Shown here: positions 9,816 to 20,692 of the stretch, piece after piece
Position numbering within the stretch: the first letter of the stretch is position 1
Layout: each line of letters opens with the position of its first letter
Source of the DNA: a virus
Direction: 5' to 3' (one strand)
IMG/VR virus record: IMGVR_UViG_3300045988_142085
Coordinates: 32,001-96,000 of that record
DNA: 64,000 bases
Position numbers and translations under genes: made by a program
Notes under the pieces: model-generated
Databases searched by the model: none
What the model saw: only the letters and a program-made list of their open reading frames with translations
What the model was told of the DNA's origin: nothing

Positions 9816-12209
9816 TTATTTCTTTTCAAGCATAGAGCGAATTTCATTTAATTCTTCTTGCATACGAATATTATTATTTTCTAATTGACGGATTTGTTCT
9901 TCAAGTTCGTGACGAGTTACTTGTTTTTGACCGCCAGTTTTAAAGCTTACACCTAAATTGTATGCTACTTCACCGTCTAATGTAACACCACCATGAATCA
10001 TAGTGTTTTCATTAGGTTGGTATGCAGCGCCTACGGCAACCGCATTAGCATTACGATAATGTCCTACACTAGCTGCGAAGGACCATTTGTCTTTAGGATT
10101 ATAGTCTAAGAATTTAAGGCCCGCTAGTGCTGACGCTTTAGCTACACCTTTATTAACCTGCAAATCTGTATAATGATTAGCACGTTCTAACGCATTGCGG
10201 CCAACAGAATCAATTTTATTATCTAAAACTTTAATATCAGATGTGTTTTTAGCGATATCTTTAGTATTTTTATCAATAAGTTTAGAATTATCGCTAATAG
10301 CACCTTTGATATCTTTATTTTCACTTTCTAAAGTAGTAATGCGACCTTCATGATCACCTACTGTATGTTCAATAGCTCGAATGTCTGCAGTATTAGTAGC
10401 TACATTTTTTTTAACGCCATTAAGAGCATTATTAACTTTATTTAATTGAGATACATTAACAGCATCAGTATCTTTTGTACCAGCTGTAATGTCATGAATT
10501 TGTTGATTGCCTACAGTGATATTATTTGTAGTAAACTCAACACGTTTACCGTTGCTATCTGCAGTCATACCGTTCATAGTATAGCTTGCAGTATCTAAAG
10601 TATCTGTGTTCTCTAAACTAATACCACTAGCATCTACTTTAGCGTTTGTGCTTGTATTATCATTAAAGAAATGAGCTTTTTCTTTATTTACAACACTTCT
10701 AACTGGTTCTGCAGTTGCTCCAAAGTTAGCAGAGTTCATATTGTACAAATCTTTATTGACATTAACGGAGAATTCTTTACCACCGTCGATGTTTGTAGTT
10801 TCAGCAACAGTAGTATTTTTACCATCAGCAACAGTAGTGAAGTTTAAGCTATTGATAACAGCGTTTAACTGACTACCATTAACAGCATCTGTAGAATTAC
10901 CATCAATTCTACCTGCTGCTACATTTGTAATGGTACGTTTGTAGTCTACTACACCGCCTGCTCCGGCTTTATTTGTTGTACCAACAGAAATAGTGCTATC
11001 AGCTGTACCACCTGCAAATTCATATCGTTTACCATTAATATGAATATGATCTGTAGAAACAGCTTCTTCGGTAGTAGAATTAGTGCCTAATGCTACAGAG
11101 TTTTGCACATCGGCTACTGTATTATTACCTAATGCAATAGCATCTTGTGCAGCTGCTTTACCATGAGTACCTACAACAATAGCACCTTGTTTTTCAGTTT
11201 GAGAATTAGAACCAAAAATCAATTGTTCAGGGTCAGTGCCTACAGCTTTATTGTTGTAACCAACAATAGCACTTTGACTAGCATCAACTGTACCATTATT
11301 AGCACCTATTACTGTAGTATCATCACCATTTACAGTCGTATCACGACCAACAACGATAGAAGATACACCTTTAGCATTTACATTCGTACCGATATTTACA
11401 GTTTTAATACCATCTGCATGGATACCGTTGCCAATAGCTACGGAAGATTCGCCATTAGATTTTACCCCGTTACCAATAGCAATAGTGTCTTGAACCTTAG
11501 TTTCAACACCATTACCGATACCAATAGTATTAAAGTCAGTAGCAACTCCATTGCCGATACCAATGCTATTACCAAGGTTATTGACAACGTTATTTCCAAT
11601 ACCAACACTATTATCACTATTAGTAGTAACTGCAGTACCAATACCAACACTATCATTACTATTGGTAGTAACTACAGTACCGATAGCTACATTGTTTTTA
11701 GAATGAGCCTGCGTATATGAACCAAGAGCAAAAGAATCTTTACCCTCTGCTACAGTACCAGCACCAACAGCAAGTGCATTAGCACCATTAGCATATGCTC
11801 CATTGCCGATAGCTACAGTATTATCTGCAGCAGTACGAGCTTGAGAACCAATAGCGAACGTATTGTCTTTTAATGCTTGTGCACTAGAACCAATTGCAAC
11901 AGAGTTACGGCCAGTCGCTTTTGCGTATTCACCGCCAACTAAGCTATTAATGCCTTCTGCTATATTTTCAACACCATAAACTAATGCATTGTTAGCATTT
12001 ACAGTATTTTTATAACCAACTACAAATGAAGATCTACCATCTTCATTAATTGTGTTAGTATAACCATAAGCTTCAGCACCATAATGAGCGGCTGTAGAGT
12101 TTACAGTATTATCTAGACCTGCTGCCATAGCTGTGCTACCAACAATAGATGCCATAATTAAACCAGTTAGTAATGCTTTGTTTTGTAATTTCATAGTAAA
12201 AATCTCCAT
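9816..12209 (-). CDS. YadA-like trimeric autotransporter adhesin (signal peptide, head repeats, two neck/stalk motifs, beta-barrel anchor, C-terminal coiled-coil extension)
   Basis: N-terminal signal peptide ...STAMAAG. Dozens of NSVAIG/SVGIGT head repeats. TITNVAAGRIDGNSTDAVNGSQL motif. YadA anchor ...AVAVGAAYQPNENTMIHGGVTLDGEVAYNLGVSF, then 35 aa of heptad repeats. Confidence 0.8.
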   Translation of the reverse strand: MEIFTMKLQNKALLTGLIMASIVGSTAMAAGLDNTVNSTAAHYGAEAYGYTNTINEDGRSSFVVGYKNTVNANNALVYGVENIAEGINSLVGGEYAKATGRNSVAIGSSAQALKDNTFAIGSQARTAADNTVAIGNGAYANGANALAVGAGTVAEGKDSFALGSYTQAHSKNNVAIGTVVTTNSNDSVGIGTAVTTNSDNSVGIGNNVVNNLGNSIGIGNGVATDFNTIGIGNGVETKVQDTIAIGNGVKSNGESSVAIGNGIHADGIKTVNIGTNVNAKGVSSIVVGRDTTVNGDDTTVIGANNGTVDASQSAIVGYNNKAVGTDPEQLIFGSNSQTEKQGAIVVGTHGKAAAQDAIALGNNTVADVQNSVALGTNSTTEEAVSTDHIHINGKRYEFAGGTADSTISVGTTNKAGAGGVVDYKRTITNVAAGRIDGNSTDAVNGSQLNAVINSLNFTTVADGKNTTVAETTNIDGGKEFSVNVNKDLYNMNSANFGATAEPVRSVVNKEKAHFFNDNTSTNAKVDASGISLENTDTLDTASYTMNGMTADSNGKRVEFTTNNITVGNQQIHDITAGTKDTDAVNVSQLNKVNNALNGVKKNVATNTADIRAIEHTVGDHEGRITTLESENKDIKGAISDNSKLIDKNTKDIAKNTSDIKVLDNKIDSVGRNALERANHYTDLQVNKGVAKASALAGLKFLDYNPKDKWSFAASVGHYRNANAVAVGAAYQPNENTMIHGGVTLDGEVAYNLGVSFKTGGQKQVTRHELEEQIRQLENNNIRMQEELNEIRSMLEKK

Positions 12210-12224
12210 TATTTAAAAAAACAA

Positions 12225-13511
12225 TTATTTATTTTGATTTTTTAAAGCTTCGTTTTCTTGAATTAATGTATTAACGATAGCTTTTAAATCATCAATATCT
12301 TTTGCCATAGAAGCTGGGCTACGATATTCAATATCTTTAGCACCTACTTTATAGCTTACACCAGCATTAATTGCTGTATCTTTACCGTTAATGGATGCAC
12401 CTACAGTAAACATAATATTTGCATTTGGACGATAGGATACACCTAATGCTACAGCAGTATTGCCACGATAATGGCCAACACCAGCCATAGCATCTACTTT
12501 ATGATCTGGATTATAATCTAATGGATGTAATGCTGCCAAAGCAGATACGGATGCAATACCTTTGCGAGCTTCTTTTTGATTAGCATTAATTCTATTATCT
12601 AAAACACTTAAATTGTTTCTAATTTCAGTAACATTGTTATTACTTACGTTAGCTAATTCTTTAATAGCGTTAGTATTTATTTTAATGCCATTAGTATTAT
12701 TTTCTATTTCAGATACAACAGCATGTAATTGACTACCATTAACTGCATCTGTAGATGTGTCAGATACACGACCTGCTGCTACATTTGTAATGGTTTTTTC
12801 TTTATTTACATCACCAATAGACACAGTGCCTACAGGAGTAGTTCCAGCAACTGTATGAGCTTTATTATTAATCATAATAGAAGCTGTATTTACAATGGTA
12901 TCAGTTTTTGCATCGCTACCAAAAGCTACTGAATTGTCTATAGTAGCTTCTGCACCATTACCGATTGCTACTGAATTTTCAGCGATAGCTTTAGCTTTTT
13001 TACCGATAGCATATACATTATCGCTTTCTACTTCTGCATCTTCGCCAAATACAAAAGAATTTTTACCGGTAAGTTTTGCTCTTTCACCGCCGGCAAAAGA
13101 ATTTTCACTTCGGAAATCAATAGCATTGTTATGACCAAATACTAATGTACCACTAGAATGTGTTGCATTTTCATTGCCGCCAGAAATACTATTGTTCGCA
13201 TTAGTAATTGTATTGTGGTCACCAGCTACTATAGAATTTGCAGAATTGTTATTGTTACCTGTACCAAATGTTGCACTATTATGTGCATCGTGTTGGACCA
13301 TATTATTATAGCCACCAACTAAAATATTTCTTACGACGTTCCCGTCATTATGTTGGGTAACGTTGATATCTTCACCATACAAAATGGAATTGTTTGCTTC
13401 AGTAGTTGTGCTATAATGACCAACATTAAAATGTTGATTATTTTCTGCCGCCATAGTTGTACTTGCCAAAGACGCCAATACTAAACCTGTTAATAAAATT
13501 TTGTTATTCAT
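12225..13511 (-). CDS. YadA-like trimeric autotransporter adhesin (shorter paralogue)
   Basis: Signal peptide ...TTMAAEN, head repeats, TITNVAAGRVSDTSTDAVNGSQL, YadA anchor, C-terminal coiled-coil tail. Confidence 0.8.
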   Translation of the reverse strand: MNNKILLTGLVLASLASTTMAAENNQHFNVGHYSTTTEANNSILYGEDINVTQHNDGNVVRNILVGGYNNMVQHDAHNSATFGTGNNNNSANSIVAGDHNTITNANNSISGGNENATHSSGTLVFGHNNAIDFRSENSFAGGERAKLTGKNSFVFGEDAEVESDNVYAIGKKAKAIAENSVAIGNGAEATIDNSVAFGSDAKTDTIVNTASIMINNKAHTVAGTTPVGTVSIGDVNKEKTITNVAAGRVSDTSTDAVNGSQLHAVVSEIENNTNGIKINTNAIKELANVSNNNVTEIRNNLSVLDNRINANQKEARKGIASVSALAALHPLDYNPDHKVDAMAGVGHYRGNTAVALGVSYRPNANIMFTVGASINGKDTAINAGVSYKVGAKDIEYRSPASMAKDIDDLKAIVNTLIQENEALKNQNK

Positions 13512-13543
13512 ATTAAGAATATTCCTTTATTTGAAATAAAAAA

Positions 13544-14428
13544 TTATTTAAAAACTTTTTTAGTTTCTTCTTCTATATCTTTAAATATATAATAGAAATC
13601 TTTATCTAAATCTTCATAAAATATTGTTTTATTATTTTCATATTCTTCTAAATGAAAATCATCTAATATATATATACTATCATTATTTAATTTAGAAAAA
13701 CATTTTAAAGCAATATTTAGTATTTTATTTAATTTATCAGTATGTAAATGATTAAGATTAAGATGAATTTTGTCCATTTCTTCTTTATATATAGAAGTAA
13801 ATGTTGGCATATATTTTTTAAATAAATTCCACTCGTTTTCATTTCTATTATATATATTATGAATTAATACCGAAATGCCATAATATGTACAAAAATCGAA
13901 ATACATTTCTTCATCTTCGAAATCATTTACATTAGAAGAGTTATATTCTAGTACTTCTTCATTGCTTTCGATGACTTCTGTTACTGTTTGGAGAATACCG
14001 TCTTTTTCTTCGACACCAGTAATCTCGATTTGACCATTAAAATCGGCTAGATACTCACAACCTGGCTCGAAATCTTTTCCGTATATCGTTAATCCAAATC
14101 CGATAAAATCTTGAAGTGTACTAGTAACACCATATTCACTAATAGCTCTATTTAAATTATGTTGATTAAGCGTTAAACACCAATGGAAACTATTTTCAAA
14201 TGACCAACGTCCTATAGAAGAACAAATAACTTCTTCTGACTGAGCGTACTCAAAACCTTCATCGATTTCTGGATCATCGAGTAGATCGATAAAACCATAA
14301 TATCCTTGATAGATCTTTCCGAAATCTCGAATAAGATTAGCAAGTTTTAATCGGCCATCAGGAGTGTCTTTTAAGTTTCGATGGTAAAAAGTAACACAAC
14401 CGTCAAAACTCGATTCATTCGCCATCAA
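13544..14428 (-). CDS. hypothetical acidic protein
   Basis: 294-aa ORF. Confidence 0.5.
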   Translation of the reverse strand: MMANESSFDGCVTFYHRNLKDTPDGRLKLANLIRDFGKIYQGYYGFIDLLDDPEIDEGFEYAQSEEVICSSIGRWSFENSFHWCLTLNQHNLNRAISEYGVTSTLQDFIGFGLTIYGKDFEPGCEYLADFNGQIEITGVEEKDGILQTVTEVIESNEEVLEYNSSNVNDFEDEEMYFDFCTYYGISVLIHNIYNRNENEWNLFKKYMPTFTSIYKEEMDKIHLNLNHLHTDKLNKILNIALKCFSKLNNDSIYILDDFHLEEYENNKTIFYEDLDKDFYYIFKDIEEETKKVFK

Positions 14429-14442
14429 AATCCTCCTTAATT

Positions 14443-14478
14443 AAATAGGCGGCATCCTTAATAGAATACCGCCTATAA
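14443..14478 (-). terminator. rho-independent terminator after HU gene
   Basis: ATAGGCGG...CCGCCTAT hairpin followed by TTTAATTA on the minus strand. Confidence 0.5.
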
Positions 14479-14483
14479 ATTAA

Positions 14484-14762
14484 TTAAGCATTAACTGCGT
14501 CTTTAACAGTTTTGGATGCTTTAAATTTAAATGTTTTAGTTGCTGCAATGTGAATTTTTTCACCAGTTGCAGGATTATGGCCTTCACGAGCTGCGCGTTC
14601 GCCACGTTCGAAAGAGCCAAAACCAGAAATAGATACTTTTTCACCTTTAGCTACTTCATTAACGATAGTAGTAAACACTTCAGATACGATAGCTTCTGCT
14701 GCTACTTTAGTAGCTACTAATTCTTTTTCGACAAGTACTGTTGCAATTTCTTTTTTAGTCAT
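14484..14762 (-). CDS. hup: HU/IHF-family histone-like DNA-binding protein
   Basis: GFGSFERGERAAREGHNPATGEKIHIAATKTFKFKASKTVKDAVN matches the HU signature. Confidence 0.85.
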   Translation of the reverse strand: MTKKEIATVLVEKELVATKVAAEAIVSEVFTTIVNEVAKGEKVSISGFGSFERGERAAREGHNPATGEKIHIAATKTFKFKASKTVKDAVNA

Positions 14763-14810
14763 GTGGAATTTCCTCCATTAAAAACAAAAATATTATACAC
14801 TTAATATATA

Positions 14811-15650
14811 CTAAAAATCGACCATTGTCAATTTTTTGTTTTGTTTTTTAATAAAATTCTTTAATCGAACATTTTCTTGATTAAGGTCTTTTGCTAAAGA
14901 TATTAAAGTATCTACTTTAGACTGAATATCTTCGTTATTTTTAATATATTTATTAACCAACTCGGAGAGCTGAGCGACTTCTTTTTTAAGCCGTTCATTT
15001 TCTAATTGATACATATTAAGTTCGGCTTTAATGTTATTTTTCTTAGAGCCAGACTTAATAATTTGTTGTAAATTATAAGAAATTGCTTGCCTCGATACTC
15101 CGTATTGACTAGCGATATATTCTAAAGTGTGTCCTTTCAAATAAAGCTCGCTGCGCTTCTTTCGAACAGGATCTAAAGAATTTAAGTCGACATATTTCAT
15201 TCGATCTTTTCTTTCTTTAAGCTCTTTCTTAGAACAAATGTCTTGTTCTGAAAGTTTTTGTTTGCATTTTAAACAAACATTGCCTTTACTGTTTGGCCCA
15301 AGCAAAGTACCACACTCTTTACAGTATTTAGATTCTTTTTTATATTTAACAACAAGATTATCTAAATTAGTATTCTTATTGTCGCCATCTTTAAAGCTAA
15401 TAGAATATATCGGCTTTCCTTCGGCTAAAAAAGCTTTAGCTTTTAAATGAGACACAGCAAAACGTTTATTATCTGAACTTCTCATTACGACGTAGCCACG
15501 TCGCGGATCATAAGTTCCTTTATTGACGGTATAACCAAAATGATTGGTAAATTGTACTATTTTATCACGATAAACATAGAAACCATCGACAATGATACAA
15601 TCTCCATTTTCAAGATCGTCATTAACCTGTAATGATGTTAATCTAAACAT
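14811..15650 (-). CDS. free-standing HNH-family homing endonuclease with C-terminal HTH
   Basis: N-terminal IIVDGFYVYRD...HFGYTVNKGTYDP module. CxxC pair. C-terminal sigma-70 region-4-like HTH TLEYIASQYGVSRQAISYNLQ. Confidence 0.6.
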   Translation of the reverse strand: MFRLTSLQVNDDLENGDCIIVDGFYVYRDKIVQFTNHFGYTVNKGTYDPRRGYVVMRSSDNKRFAVSHLKAKAFLAEGKPIYSISFKDGDNKNTNLDNLVVKYKKESKYCKECGTLLGPNSKGNVCLKCKQKLSEQDICSKKELKERKDRMKYVDLNSLDPVRKKRSELYLKGHTLEYIASQYGVSRQAISYNLQQIIKSGSKKNNIKAELNMYQLENERLKKEVAQLSELVNKYIKNNEDIQSKVDTLISLAKDLNQENVRLKNFIKKQNKKLTMVDF

Positions 15651-15883
15651 TGCTTCACCCCGTCATAATATTCTTTCGGTGTAATGCCTCGAATATATTT
15701 ATAAATAATACTATGCTTAATTGCTTTATTAAGCTCTTTAATTCTCTTATCGTCTAGATTAGTTAAGTCAGACCAAGATACTTTTAAATAACGAGTAATT
15801 CTACATTCTTTTACTATATAGTAGAAAGAAATTTCTTGGCCGACAGTTTTACTAATTATCGATACATTATTTAACTTATCCAT
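15638..15883 (-). CDS. hypothetical protein
   Basis: ORF. Confidence 0.45.
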   Translation of the reverse strand: MDKLNNVSIISKTVGQEISFYYIVKECRITRYLKVSWSDLTNLDDKRIKELNKAIKHSIIYKYIRGITPKEYYDGVKQCLD

Positions 15884-16100
15884 TAGATCTCTTTTCCATT
15901 TCTAGCATATTATTATAATCAAATTCGTCGTAAGTATTCAACGCTACCCCGAGAATTGTATCTAGTTTATTCTTAATATGAAAATAAGCAGGATCATGGA
16001 TTTTAGCATAATAGTCTTTTTTGTGCTCTTCATTTAACCAGTCTAATAGATTAGCAGAAATGTTCTCGATAATTTCTAGACGAGTTTCTTTATTTGCCAT
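15876..16100 (-). CDS. hypothetical protein
   Basis: ORF. Confidence 0.45.
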   Translation of the reverse strand: MANKETRLEIIENISANLLDWLNEEHKKDYYAKIHDPAYFHIKNKLDTILGVALNTYDEFDYNNMLEMEKRSNG

Positions 16101-16915
16101 TATCTTAATCTTCCTCGATATTTAAACTTAATAGGAACGAGATCGTATTTCATAAATGGGCGAATATGCCCTTCTAGTCTTAACGCTTTTTGTCGATTTC
16201 GAATTCTACCAAAACTATAGTCACTAATTTCTAAATAACGAGATGTGCTAAAATATGGAGACGGCCATGTCCAAGATTCCCATAAAAATTTTTCTTTTTC
16301 ATATTTATTATTTAAAGTTTTAAATACTTCAAAGAAATCGTTATATAGTTTTTGTTTCTCTAACACATCACATTCAACTGGTTCACCATTAGGATATGTA
16401 TAAGCACTGTCAATATCTTCTAAGCTATCAGAATTAGTGCCGTATTCAGCTCCGATAACGATAATATATTTATCGTTAGTTTCTTTATCGGTAATGATAT
16501 ATTTACATAGACGACCATCATAATTTTTAATGCCGGGAGTTTCTGTCGTCATGATAATATGAATATCTTCATTTTCATATTCGATAGTATATTCTTTTTT
16601 ATCACGATATTTTAACCATACAATACTACAGTCTCGATTAAGCAGACTATCTAAACGATTCGGAATTAAAAGTTTATTTTGATGATCTATCAAGGTTAAA
16701 AAGCAACAATCATCTTTTAATACGGATAGAACAAAGTTTTTTCCAAAAACTGCTCCATGTCCATCGACAAGCCTAGCATCTTTATTAAAAGCTTTTACAG
16801 AATATCCTTTTTCTTTTAAAGAGTTGATATATTCTCTAGCTTTATTATTTTGATCTCTTGGTAGCAATAGCTCATCATTTTTCCAAATGTAACAGCCGTA
16901 ATCAATAAATGCCAT
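16100..16915 (-). CDS. hypothetical protein
   Basis: 271-aa ORF. Confidence 0.5.
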   Translation of the reverse strand: MAFIDYGCYIWKNDELLLPRDQNNKAREYINSLKEKGYSVKAFNKDARLVDGHGAVFGKNFVLSVLKDDCCFLTLIDHQNKLLIPNRLDSLLNRDCSIVWLKYRDKKEYTIEYENEDIHIIMTTETPGIKNYDGRLCKYIITDKETNDKYIIVIGAEYGTNSDSLEDIDSAYTYPNGEPVECDVLEKQKLYNDFFEVFKTLNNKYEKEKFLWESWTWPSPYFSTSRYLEISDYSFGRIRNRQKALRLEGHIRPFMKYDLVPIKFKYRGRLR

Positions 16916-16930
16916 TATATAACCTCCTTT

Positions 16931-17173
16931 CTAATATCCTAATAAAACTACTGTTATTTTTGTTATCAATATAATTAAAGCAAATATAATTAAAATAGTT
17001 AAAAATCCAAAAGATAATATCATTACAGCAATTGTTAATCTTCTTAAATATTTAAATGCTAAATTTTTATCAGCTTTTTCTTTATCGATAAAAAGATAGA
17101 ATAAATTTGAAAGTAATCCAATTAAAAAGATTATTAAGGATCCTGGAATAACAATTTGATTAGGATCTAACAT
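16931..17173 (-). CDS. small membrane protein
   Basis: Two hydrophobic helices. Confidence 0.45.
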   Translation of the reverse strand: MLDPNQIVIPGSLIIFLIGLLSNLFYLFIDKEKADKNLAFKYLRRLTIAVMILSFGFLTILIIFALIILITKITVVLLGY

Positions 17174-17475
17174 GTTTCACCACCTGTTTTCTTTAGTTCT
17201 CTATACTTTCTTCGCCAATTTAAATTATGGCTTCTTTCTCGTATAATACAATGAGCCAGTTCGTGAATAAAAGTATCTTCGATTTCACCGGCATCGAAAT
17301 TAATATTAATAATAGCTGGACCATTCTCGAAGAATATAGATTCTCCGTATACAGAATCTTTTTTAGTCTCTCCGATCATAACCTCAAGATCACAGCTATT
17401 TTTATATTTTTCAGCAATATGTTGAAACTCTTTTATTCGTTTTTTTCTTAATTTATGATCGTAATATATTTCCAT
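17167..17475 (-). CDS. putative zinc metallopeptidase (HExxH)
   Basis: FIHELAHCI motif. Confidence 0.45.
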   Translation of the reverse strand: MEIYYDHKLRKKRIKEFQHIAEKYKNSCDLEVMIGETKKDSVYGESIFFENGPAIININFDAGEIEDTFIHELAHCIIRERSHNLNWRRKYRELKKTGGETC

Positions 17476-17483
17476 TATTTTTT

Positions 17484-17513
17484 ACATAAAAAAAGACGAC
17501 CCACAAAGGGTCG
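17484..17513 (-). terminator. rho-independent terminator
   Basis: GGCGACCC-TTTGT-GGGTCGTC (one G.U pair) plus TTTTTTTAT on the minus strand. Confidence 0.5.
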
Positions 17514-17515
17514 CC

Positions 17516-17839
17516 TTAATCATAACCTACTAATTTATTGATACTATTTTTTATTCTCAAAGGAAACTTATCTAAAATTAACTGACTATATTTGTATGCT
17601 TTATACTCCCAGAAGATATCATGCCATTCTCTGTATGGTACTTTAGTTAGTAAACTTAATTTAGCTAACATACTGAATGGCATATCTTTTTTACAATTAC
17701 AAATTTTATTTAATTCTAATGGGCTAATATTTAATAGCTTAGAAAAATCTTTAACGGTATATCCACAAGATTTAATATATTCATTAAGAATTGATCCGGG
17801 ATTAATTACTTGACACATTATTTTTGGTACGCTGTCCAC
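17516..17839 (-). CDS. hypothetical protein
   Basis: ORF. Confidence 0.45.
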   Translation of the reverse strand: MDSVPKIMCQVINPGSILNEYIKSCGYTVKDFSKLLNISPLELNKICNCKKDMPFSMLAKLSLLTKVPYREWHDIFWEYKAYKYSQLILDKFPLRIKNSINKLVGYD

Positions 17840-18447
17840 ATGATAGTTCCACCATCAATATGGCCAGGGTTCATATCTTTAGTATGCACAATACCTTCGA
17901 CACGCTTATATTGAACACCGTAGTTAACATAAGCTTTATTATCGAGATATGTTGCACCGACTTTAACTTTTAATTTCTTTTCATGATTAATCTTGTAGAC
18001 ATCGACAGATTTTTCTTCTTCGATAATTTTAGTTTCGTCAGATTTTTCTTGAATTTTAGATTGAGTATCTTGAGAAATATAATTTGAACGTCCGCCACGA
18101 GCAACTTGTTGAACTTCTTTAACGACAGTTACAGGTTGTTCTCCTTGAATATATTGTGTTCGAACAATTTCTTGTACAATAGGAGTACTACGTTGAGAGA
18201 TTAAATCTCGACGTTCATTTTCAAATTTTAGCTTAGCGCCACCAGTTAATCGTGCTTGGTCTTCTAAACTATAAGTCGTAACATGGTATTTATCGTCATA
18301 ATATTTTTCTTGTAATTGATCGTATTTCTGTTTAAGACTTACTCCCCATGTAAGGACAGCAACAAAAACAATAATAATTGCTAAACACGCAAATACAAGC
18401 TTCTTATGTTCTTTAATCCACGTTACAAAAGAAGTAAATGTAAACAT
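17818..18447 (-). CDS. membrane-anchored hypothetical protein
   Basis: N-terminal TM helix. Confidence 0.5.
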   Translation of the reverse strand: MFTFTSFVTWIKEHKKLVFACLAIIIVFVAVLTWGVSLKQKYDQLQEKYYDDKYHVTTYSLEDQARLTGGAKLKFENERRDLISQRSTPIVQEIVRTQYIQGEQPVTVVKEVQQVARGGRSNYISQDTQSKIQEKSDETKIIEEEKSVDVYKINHEKKLKVKVGATYLDNKAYVNYGVQYKRVEGIVHTKDMNPGHIDGGTIMWTAYQK

Positions 18448-18512
18448 AATTCTAATCCTTATTTAAATAAAATTTAAACTTTATCATAAGCACTATGTAT
18501 ATTACCAATGAA

Positions 18513-20347
18513 TTAGAATACGTCGTTTAACTCGTTTACTTTTTCGACTTTAGGAGTTTCACTGTTATAAGATTTAAATACTTTATATTCGGCCGGGATT
18601 TCTTTAACAAAACGGCTTGGTTGCATACGTTTAGGCACACCACCAATAACACAATAATTAAAGTAACTAATCATTAGCATTTCTTTCGCACGAGTCATCG
18701 CTACATACCATAGGCGACGTTCTTCTTCGATGCCGTGTGGTTCGTCGTAAGAGAACATATGCGGGAATAGACTTTCATTGCCACCGATAATGAAGACAGC
18801 TTCAAACTCTAATCCTTTAGAGGCATGAATAGTCATCATGCTTACTGCATTTTTCTCTTCGTCGATTTCGACGTCCAAGCTAGTGGACATAGTTGCTTCA
18901 AGAACTTCCGGGATTGTTTCGAAAGCATCGGCAACACGAATTAATTCGCGAACGTTAACCATGCGCTCCATAGTATTGCCATATACTGGAGCAACATGAG
19001 ACTCTTGATAATTAAATAATTCTAAGTATTTACGAATGATAAGACCAGGTAATACATTTTCTTCGGCATAAGCTTTAAGTTCATTCCATTTAGATAAAAA
19101 TGTTTTCACGCCGGCATATGCTTTACCTTTAATATCGTTAAGATTAGAATTGGCTTTATTTAACACATTATTAGATTCCCCTACCATTAATTTATTAAAA
19201 GTAGCTTCACCGATACCGGCTTTAGGAATATTAATAATACGTTCTAATGCTTCTTCATCGCATTCATTTAATAATAATCTTAATACACATAACAAGTCTT
19301 TAACTTCTTTACGAGTACAGAATTGCACACCAGAAATTAAATCGTATGGGATAGCATTACGTAAGAAAGCTTTTTCTACTAGATCAAATTGTTTCTTAGT
19401 ACGAGCCAAGATAGCAATATCTTTATAATCAAAACCATTGCGTAATAAAGATTTAATACCGCGAACGATATAGTTAGCTTCATCTTTATCGGATTTAACT
19501 TCTTTAATAAATACAGGAGCACCTTTTTCTTGCTCAGAGAAGGCTTTTTTGTCGATAATCTTAGGATTGTTATCGACAACAGCATTGCTAGCTTCTACGA
19601 TAGTGGACGTAGAGCGATAGTTTTGTTCCAATACATATTGCTCGAAACCATCATCAACAAGAGACTGACATAAAAAATCAATATCAGCACCACGAAATGC
19701 ATAAATACTTTGATTATTATCCATTACTGCGCATAAATTACCATTCTCACGAATGATCCAATTGATATATTCCCAATCTTTACGCCCAGAATCTTGAAAT
19801 TCGTCAGCTATGACATATGTATATTTATTCCAAACATATTCCTGAACTTCGCTATACTTACTAATTAATTCTAAACCATAATTTGCTAAATCGCCGAAAT
19901 CCATCATATTATCGTTACGAAGTTTTTGTTGATATTTTTCGTAAACTAAAAATACTGTGAAGTGATCGTTTTGAATTATTTTATCGTTACGAGCAACGTC
20001 GACTGTAATACCGTGAGTTTTCCAGTCAGGAATTTGAGTTTTTGCGATATCGTATAACTTAGAATTTTTACCGCAAAACTCTTTAATAATTTTTTCTGTA
20101 TCGTCGCTATCTGCAATAGTAAAATTCTTTTCGTAGCCAACAAGATGAGCGAAACGACGAAGTAGCATAGAACTGAAAGCATGATATGTACAAATTGTAA
20201 CGGCCTTAGCTTGCGGGCCAATTTTGGCGATCATACGCTCTTTCATTTCCATTGCAGCTTTACGAGTAAAAGTAAACATAAGGATAGAACCAGGATTAAT
20301 ACCTTGTTCGATCATATATGCTGTACGAGTAACGATAGTGCTAGTTT
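18513..20347 (-). CDS. uvrD: UvrD/PcrA-like SF1 helicase, exon 2
   Basis: KTSTIVTRTAYMIEQGINPGSILMFTFTRKAAMEMKER equals UvrD GKTRVLTHRIAYLI...ITFTNKAAREMKER. Full SF1 motif set downstream. Confidence 0.8.
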
Positions 20348-20692
20348 TCAGATAGTTATTATCGCTGAGCTTTTTATCTCAGCCTCTGGAGATTTCTCTC
20401 ATTTTCATCGACTAGTCAGTTCTAGTCCAGCTTAGCGTACCTTTTCATCTCTTCCTAAATAGGACAAAAGTCTAAACAAGTGATGGGGCCTCTTGGAGAT
20501 ATTATATTCTTTATTTAAATAAAGGTTCAATCTCTACGCGTTGCGCCTGTTAATAATTTTAACTATTAACTTCGGTCTCTGATTAGCATATGTTTTTACA
20601 CTTAGCCTTCCAGTTTAATTCCCCATTAATAATCTAAGATCTTCGTTTAGAAGTTGATCTTAGACGGCAATAAATTTTTATAAAATTTCTTT
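20348..20692 (-). mobile_element. group I-like intron (family A, ORF-less) splitting the Walker A codons of uvrD
   Basis: Exon 1 ends ...GGA TCT GGT (GAGSG); exon 2 begins AAA ACT (KT). Intron ends CUG (omega G). Shares GGAAGGCUAAG...AUAUGCUAAUC...GCGCAACGCGUAGAGAUUGAACC core with the clpX, AAA and stop-codon introns. Confidence 0.7.

Noticed and set aside
11145-11720. Plus-strand ORFs inside the adhesin genes (11145-11720, 12729-12932, 12895-13134), and the other plus-strand ORFs in the track (for example 2654-3001, 27565-27945, 39257-39773, 47442-47702).
   Set aside because: They overlap strong minus-strand genes antisense, have low-complexity Ser/Thr/Ile-rich translations, and lack RBSs. 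All credible genes in the window are minus-strand.
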